The notes under the pieces: model-generated
Told to the model about the DNA's origin: nothing
Database searches by the model: none
Seen by the model: the letters and a program-made list of their open reading frames with translations, nothing else
Program-made: the position numbers and the translations under genes
Shown: positions 26,097 to 29,762 of the stretch, piece after piece
Position numbering within the stretch: position 1 is the stretch's first letter
Layout: every line of letters begins with the position of its first letter
Origin: Kofleriaceae bacterium
GTDB taxonomy: Bacteria; Myxococcota_A; Polyangia; Haliangiales; Haliangiaceae
Assembly: GCA_046597055.1 (NCBI GenBank)
Contig: JBKJLC010000029.1
Span: 1 to 29,762 of the forward strand
DNA length: 29,762 nt
Direction of reading: 5' to 3'

Positions 26097-26533
26097 CGCG
26101 GGCTGACCGCCTGGGTCTCGGCGGCCAGCGGGTCGTTGGCGAGGGCGATGCTGTCGATGCCGGCCGACTTGGCCAGCTCGATCGCCCCGAAGATCGCGCC
26201 GTACGCGACCTTGGTGTCGCCCGCGATGATCGCCTTGGGCTCCTGGGTGAGCGCGGCCAGCTGGCGGATGCGGACGAGCGCCGCGTCGCGCCCGGGCTGC
26301 TTCTCGCCCTTCACGTAGATCGCGCCGCCGGCGTCGACGGTGATGAGGATGGTGCCCTTCACGTCGTCGCCGACCGACGACTTCGGCTTCTCGACCTCGA
26401 CCCCACGCGCGACGATGAGGCGGGCGGTGACCATGAAGATGATCATCAGCACCAGGGCGACGTCGACGAACGGCGTCACGTTGATCTCGGTGATCGCCTC
26501 CTCGTCGTCCTGGTACATGCTCCCGCCGGCCAT
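26093..26533 (-). CDS. exbD: ExbD/TolR biopolymer transport protein
   Basis: EINVTPFVDVALVLMIIFMVTA and IAGDTKVAYG. Confidence 0.95.
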   Translation of the reverse strand: MAGGSMYQDDEEAITEINVTPFVDVALVLMIIFMVTARLIVARGVEVEKPKSSVGDDVKGTILITVDAGGAIYVKGEKQPGRDAALVRIRQLAALTQEPKAIIAGDTKVAYGAIFGAIELAKSAGIDSIALANDPLAAETQAVSPR

Positions 26534-27180
26534 CAGGGCCTCGCTTCGTCGGCGGCATGGATCGAGGACAGGACCGCGTGGGCCATCTCGTCAGCGCCGC
26601 CGAGCATGACCTTGACCCGCCGACCGAAGTAGTTGAACGCGACCACCGCGGGGATCGCGACCAGGAGGCCGATCGCGGTGGCGGTCAAGGCCTCGGCGAT
26701 GCCCGACATGACCGCGGCCTCACCCTCGGCGCCGGGGGTCTTGAGATCCTCGAACGCCTTGATCACGCCGAGCACGGTGCCGAACAGCCCGACGAACGGG
26801 ACGTTGTTGCCGAGCGTGCCGAGCCAGATCAGGTTGCGGTCGGCCACGCGCTTCCAGCGCACCTTCTCGCCGTACATCGCCTCGGCGGCCGACGCGGCCC
26901 CGCCGGCAGCGGCCTCGAGCCCGCGCGCCGCGACCTGCAGCGGGATCGCGGTCGCGGTCTTCCAGATGCGGGCCAGCGCGGTCAGCGCGGCGGCGTCGCC
27001 GGCGGCGAACGCGGCGCGGAGCTGGTCGCGGGCCGCGTCGGTGTTGGTGTCGCGGCCGCGCAGCCACAGGGCGCGATCGATCATCACGGCGATCGACAGC
27101 ACCGACAGCACCACCAGCACCCACATCACCCATTCGGCGCCGAGGTTGGAGAAGTCGACGAACGCTTGCGTCAGATCCAT
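26533..27180 (-). CDS. exbB: MotA/TolQ/ExbB proton channel
   Basis: LGTLGNNVPFVGLFGTVLGVI and GIAEALTATAIGLLVAIPAVVAFN. Confidence 0.95.
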   Translation of the reverse strand: MDLTQAFVDFSNLGAEWVMWVLVVLSVLSIAVMIDRALWLRGRDTNTDAARDQLRAAFAAGDAAALTALARIWKTATAIPLQVAARGLEAAAGGAASAAEAMYGEKVRWKRVADRNLIWLGTLGNNVPFVGLFGTVLGVIKAFEDLKTPGAEGEAAVMSGIAEALTATAIGLLVAIPAVVAFNYFGRRVKVMLGGADEMAHAVLSSIHAADEARP

Positions 27181-27187
27181 GGACGGT

Positions 27188-28315
27188 TCACTCGGTAGGA
27201 GGTTGATCGAGCTCGGAGTCGTCGCCGGTCGGCGCGGCCTCGGCCTCGCGCGCGGCCGCGCCCTTCTGGATCTCGCGGAGGATCGAGGTCGCGTACGCGC
27301 CGGCGGGCAGCGTGAACGTGACCCGGATCGCGCCGGGCCCGGCCGCGACCGCGGCGGGCTCGCCGATCGCGATCGCCGCGGGACGGCGGGTGCCCTCGGC
27401 GATCGCGCGGGCGGCGTGGAAGCTGGCCGGCCCGAGCTCGAACGGCGCGAGGATCGCGGCCTCGCGGGCGTGGGCCGGGGTGCCGTCGGGTGGCGCGCGC
27501 ATCGCGGCGCCGAACATCGGCCCGGTCACGACGATCTCGCCGGCGGCGACCCGCGCGCGGTCGACGTCGGGCTCGGTCGACGGGAAGATGCCGCCGCTGC
27601 CGCGCTTCTGCAGGATGTCGCCGACCAGGACGTCGCGGTAGAGCCCGTCGGCGACCCGCGCGACCAGCCAGCGATTGAACAGCTCCGACTGCAGCGCCGA
27701 CACCAGGAACCGGCGCTGGCGCGGCGCCCCGCGGCGCGGCGAGCCACCGCGGATGATCGCCAGGCCCTCGGCCGCGTTGTCGCCGGCCCGGCCGAACCGC
27801 TGCTCGCCGTACCAGTTGGGCGAGCCGGGCAGGACCGCGAGCGCGGTGAGCACGGCCTGGGCCCGCGCCGCGGCTTCGTGCTCGTCGCCGACCTCGCGCA
27901 CGACCAGCGCGAACCGGTTGCCGGTGAGATGACCGGTGCGGAGCTTGTGGCGATGGCGGGTGACCGCGAGCACGCGCACGCCCTGATCGTCGAAGCCGGT
28001 GACCTGCTCGGGCTTGGCCGGCGGCGGCAGCGACAACCACTGCCGGGTCACCGCGTATCGATCCTTGAGCCCGGCCCAGCCGACGTCGCGCACCGGGACC
28101 CCGGCGACGCCGGCCAGGATCGCGGCGGCCGCCGGCGTGGTCAGGTCGCGCTTCTCGATCGAGACCCAGACGTGGTCGCCCTCGCCGGTGAGCTGGTAGG
28201 CGGGGAGCTCTTCGACCGCGAAGTCGTCGGCCGAGGTGCGGATCCGACCGCCGATGCCCGGCACCTCCGCGGTCAGAAATGGCAGCTCGATGGGCGACAG
28301 ATCCGAGGACGACAT
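27188..28315 (-). CDS. truD: tRNA pseudouridine(13) synthase TruD
   Basis: DFAVEEL, AGLKDRYAVTRQW, KLRTGHLTGNRF, PNWYGEQRFG and FTLPAGAYAT. Start ATG 28315 is approximate. Confidence 0.96.
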   Translation of the reverse strand: MSSSDLSPIELPFLTAEVPGIGGRIRTSADDFAVEELPAYQLTGEGDHVWVSIEKRDLTTPAAAAILAGVAGVPVRDVGWAGLKDRYAVTRQWLSLPPPAKPEQVTGFDDQGVRVLAVTRHRHKLRTGHLTGNRFALVVREVGDEHEAAARAQAVLTALAVLPGSPNWYGEQRFGRAGDNAAEGLAIIRGGSPRRGAPRQRRFLVSALQSELFNRWLVARVADGLYRDVLVGDILQKRGSGGIFPSTEPDVDRARVAAGEIVVTGPMFGAAMRAPPDGTPAHAREAAILAPFELGPASFHAARAIAEGTRRPAAIAIGEPAAVAAGPGAIRVTFTLPAGAYATSILREIQKGAAAREAEAAPTGDDSELDQPPTE

Positions 28316-28413
28316 CGAGGGCAGGAGTGTGGCACGGCCGCGCCGCAGGTCGAGCGCTGCGACCGTGTGTCCTGGCCCTGGCACAATCGCGCCGCTGCGG
28401 GGGATGATCCCTC

Positions 28414-29397
28414 ATGGGCCTGGCTTGCTCGATCCGGTGGGTGCTCTTGGTGGCCCTGGCCACTGGCTGCGGTGGTCGCTACCGCGCTCGTGCCACTGCT
28501 GCGCCGGTGGCGGCCCCCGCGGTCGGCCCGGTGCTCGCGGTCGCCGCGGCGGCCCTGCCGTTCGCGATCGTCGACGGCCGCACCGGCCGGGCGGTGACGA
28601 CCGACGACTTCTGGCGGCGGCTCGGCGAGGCCCGCGCGGTGTGTGTCGGCGAGGAGCACCCGAACCCGCATCACCACTGGGCCCAGCTCACCGTCGTCGA
28701 CCACCTGGCGGTGGCCGGCAGCGGCCGCCGGCTCGCGCTCGGCCTCGAGATGGTGCAGCGCCCGTATCAGGGCGTGCTCGACGACTACGCGAGCCGCGCG
28801 ATCGACGAGGCCGCGCTGCTGTCGCGCACCGGCTGGGCCGATCGCTGGGGCTACCCGTTCGCGCTGTACCGGCCGATGCTCGAGCTGGCCCGCACCCGGG
28901 GCCTGGCCCTGATCGCGCTCAACGCACCCCGCGAGCTCGTGAAGCGGGTCGCCCGCGCCGGGGTCGCCGCGCTCACCGCCGCCGAGCGCGCGCAGCTCCC
29001 AGCTCTGGTGCTCGACGACGTCCAGCACCGGGCCTGGTTCGACGGGGTGATGCGCCGCGCCGGCGACGATCGTGACAACCCGCACCACGCCGCGCCCGCG
29101 GCGGGCCCGCACCCCGGCGCGCCCCCGGCCGACCAGGTCTACGCGGCGCAGGTGGTCTGGGACGAGTCGATGGCCGAGCAGGCCCACGCCTGGCTGGCCG
29201 GCGGCGGCGACGCGATCGTGATCCTCGCCGGGACCGGTCACTGTCACGACAGCGCGATCGTCCGCCGGCTGCTCCGGCGCGGCGCAACCGCGGTCGTGTC
29301 GGTGCGGCCGATCCTCGACGACGGCGAGGGCAACGTGGCCGACGCCCTGGCCGAGGCCCACAACGACTACCTGTTCGTCATGACTCCACCGGGCTGA
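28414..29397 (+). CDS. ChaN family (heme-binding / iron-regulated) lipoprotein
   Basis: Lipobox [45 protein letters not shown] and LAGTGH. Confidence 0.9.
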   Translation: MGLACSIRWVLLVALATGCGGRYRARATAAPVAAPAVGPVLAVAAAALPFAIVDGRTGRAVTTDDFWRRLGEARAVCVGEEHPNPHHHWAQLTVVDHLAVAGSGRRLALGLEMVQRPYQGVLDDYASRAIDEAALLSRTGWADRWGYPFALYRPMLELARTRGLALIALNAPRELVKRVARAGVAALTAAERAQLPALVLDDVQHRAWFDGVMRRAGDDRDNPHHAAPAAGPHPGAPPADQVYAAQVVWDESMAEQAHAWLAGGGDAIVILAGTGHCHDSAIVRRLLRRGATAVVSVRPILDDGEGNVADALAEAHNDYLFVMTPPG

Positions 29398-29627
29398 CCG
29401 TTGTTCGACGGGACATTCCACCGGGTCCAGGCACCGGCCGGCGGGTAGGTCCGGCACCTCCTCTGCCGCACCACGCCGGCCGCTGTCACGCTTTGCCATC
29501 CTTGGCTGTCCCGGATCGGGGAGATTCACGGTCCCGGAGGCGTGACATCGCGTCCGGGCGTGACACCGCGCGGTCCCGGTGCGGTCCCGGGACGCGGTCT
29601 CGGCACCTTGGGTGCCTGGCGAAGTGC

Positions 29628-29643
29628 TGGCACGCCGGGTGCT
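29628..29643 (+). promoter_or_regulatory. sigma54 (-24/-12) promoter
   Basis: TGGCACGCCGGGTGCT, GG-N10-GC spacing, 13 nt before ATG 29657. Confidence 0.7.
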
Positions 29644-29656
29644 TGAGCAATCTCAC

Positions 29657-29762
29657 ATGAGCAACTTCGTTGAGACCTGGAAGGCGATTGCGGGCGCGAT
29701 GGATCGGTCGGAGCGGTGGTGCCGGTACATGGCGCAGCGGGCGGCGGATCCGCTGCCCGTGT
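29657..29762 (+). CDS. 5' part of a small protein, possibly helix-turn-helix; runs off the window
   Basis: Open frame MSNFVETWKAIAGAMDRSERWCRYMAQRAADPLPV directly after a sigma54 promoter. The WKxIA...RSERW pattern is HTH-like (inference). Confidence 0.6.
   Translation, partial: MSNFVETWKAIAGAMDRSERWCRYMAQRAADPLPV

Overview
This is a very GC-rich window that appears to join DNA from two different bacteria. Positions ~1732-29762 read as myxobacterial chromosome (Haliangium/Kofleriaceae-like, inferred from gene content). That part carries a Cys-rich lipoprotein, an SDR/acyltransferase pair, an LD-carboxypeptidase, DedA, DUF3467, ruvX-mltG and a prkA(yeaG)-small ORF-yeaH-spoVR(ycgB) operon followed by a PP2C phosphatase. 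It continues with two thrombospondin-type-3-repeat envelope proteins, a Shelph-type metallophosphoesterase, guanine deaminase, an acyltransferase-3, truD-exbB-exbD-tonB and a ChaN lipoprotein. Positions 1-~1731 are an actinobacterial-looking (Nocardioides-like) dcw fragment, the 3' end of mraY plus murD, joined in frame to the truncated Cys-rich gene; this is most likely a chimeric junction. The best candidate for something new is non-coding: a sigma54 promoter at 8478-8494 (minus) points into an ORF-free, hairpin-rich ~285-nt transcript with six C-rich tracts and an intrinsic terminator at 8182-8222, i.e. a candidate novel sigma54-dependent sRNA. Also notable are a REP/BIME-like repeat cluster (5660-6094), a 34-bp duplication of the spoVR 3' end, two divergent genes sharing one CATG start, and a recurring leaderless-promoter pattern. 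No tRNA, rRNA, CRISPR array, integrase or transposase was seen. All family assignments are by motif recognition, without database searches.
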